The notes under the pieces are model-generated. The model was not told the origin of the DNA, did no database searches, and saw only the letters and a list, made by a program, of their open reading frames with translations. Below, in pieces: positions 62,310-64,000 of a DNA stretch of 64,000 bases (positions are counted from its first letter, which is position 1; every line of letters starts with the position of its first letter). The translations under genes were made by a program, and so were the position numbers. Location: positions 1 to 64,000 of the forward strand of contig KZ538698.1 in the NCBI GenBank assembly GCA_000934665.2, read 5' to 3'. The DNA comes from Catajapyx aquilonaris (lineage: Eukaryota).

Positions 62310-64000
62310 ACGACATTAATCCCATGATGGGGTAGCCAGGATGACCAAGTACATTCGCAAGCATAAAGATGTGGATGGTAGAGCAGAGATCTTCCTCGCC
62401 CCATGGGCTCTTTGCATGACGTCAGCCCTTCACCCACAGCCCCAGGGTAGGCCTACTAGTCTAGGACATGCTAAGAATACTTTAATAGCGACAATGGTTA
62501 CCCAGCCCATGAGGGCTGCACCATCTTCATCATCCACAGTCCCCTATTTATTAACAAACAATAATTACAATCCAACATAGCAAATGGCAAACCCAAACCC
62601 CCACAGGCGTTTACCAGACGACTCAAATGTCTGTCCACGATAAGGCAGAAAGTATTCAAGTCCTCCCACAGTTTAGCCGTCCGAACGCCCTTGGAACATG
62701 GCCACCCCAGTCCCCTGGACACAGCAGCACACAGAAGAGAACTATGGGCCCATAGAACCTCAGGAAGGAGACGTGCTCCGCATCCTGTTGTCCAGTTCCA
62801 CAGGGACAGGCAGTGTCCCCCTTCAGTCCAAATCGATGCAAATAAGCCAGGAAAGGGCCATAACCAGACACTATGTGTGCTAAGTGTCCAGGAACATGTC
62901 TATCTTCGGTCACCAACGAGAAGAACCGGTGGTACCAGCTGCCACGAGCCCTGCTTCAGCCATTTTGCCAGGACTTCTCTGCTCTTCCCAAGGATTGATG
63001 TCTCAGCACAGCCTTTGTCACTGGCAAAAATCTCCACCCCACCGTCAGGGAAGCTGTCTGCTTCGCTTCTTGGTCCGCTAGCTCGTTCCCAGGAGTTCCA
63101 TTATGTGCCTTAACCCAGCACAGCTGCACCTCAGCCACTATACCATGAAGAGTCTGCATGGCCGCTCCACTGCCAGCGATAGTGACCTGGGATCAGCGAT
63201 GGTTTGTAGAGCCGACATTGAGTTGGACACTACCCAGGCCACCTGTCCATGTCACCAGGAAGGCTCATGTCCACCAGAACCTCTAGCGCCCTTCCCACCA
63301 TTTTCATCAGCTCCACCTCATTGATCCTCACTGTGTTGACGAATGGCATCAGCTCGATGAACTGCCTGTTCCCCTCCCCTGCCATGCACAGCAATGCGCC
63401 ACCCGCACTGCAGCCTCTGGTCACTGAATCGTCCGTGAAGGCGATAAGATCTAGGCCTACACCTCGCAGAACATATGTCCATGTTAGTATGTCCAGGCGA
63501 CGCCACAGCCAAGGGGGAATCAGATGTCGTAACGTGTTGTTTTTGGCACCATCAGTCCAGAAATCACCTGAGGGATTCTAGCACAGCGTTGCTCCACCAG
63601 TTTGTCAACTCTAGGCACCAGCAGGGGTACCAACTGAAAAGTTGTACCAAATTTTGACGCTGATTGACTTGACATGTCAAGGGCATGAAATCGAAATTCC
63701 CTTCCTTTAGTAGGTTGACATATTATTCTCCATAATTGACCTCCCATTGTTTGACCTGTGATCTGCAGACAGAGTTCCTAGCTTGAATTGATTCCATGCC
63801 TTCTCAGCCCGCCCATGACAGATTTTCCCTACACCTGCCAGACGTGACCTTCTGACCCTTGCGGAGAGGCTGTGCACATTTCACGAGGGTTCAAGAAATA
63901 GTTGGTGACCCACGTCAGGTCAGGTCCAACCCCACCCGTTTTGCCATATCATATAGCATGTAAAGAGTTCCTAGCTTGAATTGATTCCATGCCTTCTCAG
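62310..64000 (-). mobile_element. R1-like LINE relic (RNase H, CCHC finger, 3' UTR), degraded, runs off window
   Basis: WVKAHNGTPGNELADQEAK and HIVSGYGPFLAYLHRFGL..TACPCG..QDAEHV motifs in broken frames. Confidence 0.8.

Overview
Eukaryotic, intron-rich and repeat-dense DNA, most likely from a non-dipteran insect. The host is inferred from the gene content and a locust-Lm1-like SINE, and is not certain. Three spliced genes can be rebuilt with consistent GT-AG junctions and phases: a CCDC57-like coiled-coil gene (+, 15088-30815, 8 exons, 550 aa), MCRIP/FAM195 (+, 31515-42399, 6 exons, 145 aa) and NUP43 (-, 60166-56964, 6 exons, 363 aa). There is also a frameshifted HSF-DNA-binding-domain-like gene (-, ~52260-53870) and a possible orphan gene (-, 8075-9327). 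The rest is mostly transposon-derived: about ten tRNA-headed SINEs, R1-like LINE relics (two with RNase H), an internally inverted mariner/maT relic, a Sola-like long-TIR element, many foldback/TTAA/TA/Harbinger/CACTA-type MITEs and two Helentron-like elements. Most notable: (1) upstream of and divergent from NUP43, a 96-bp perfect CCAAT-rich palindrome, then a TATA-led mini histone H3 3'-end cassette with stem-loop and downstream element, then an in-frame H2A-H3 chimeric fragment with its own stem-loop; (2) SINE tails whose repeat unit appears to copy the first bases of the target site; (3) shuffled SINE modules sharing a covarying 3' stem-loop followed by CACGGGGTA. All identifications are by eye; no searches were run.
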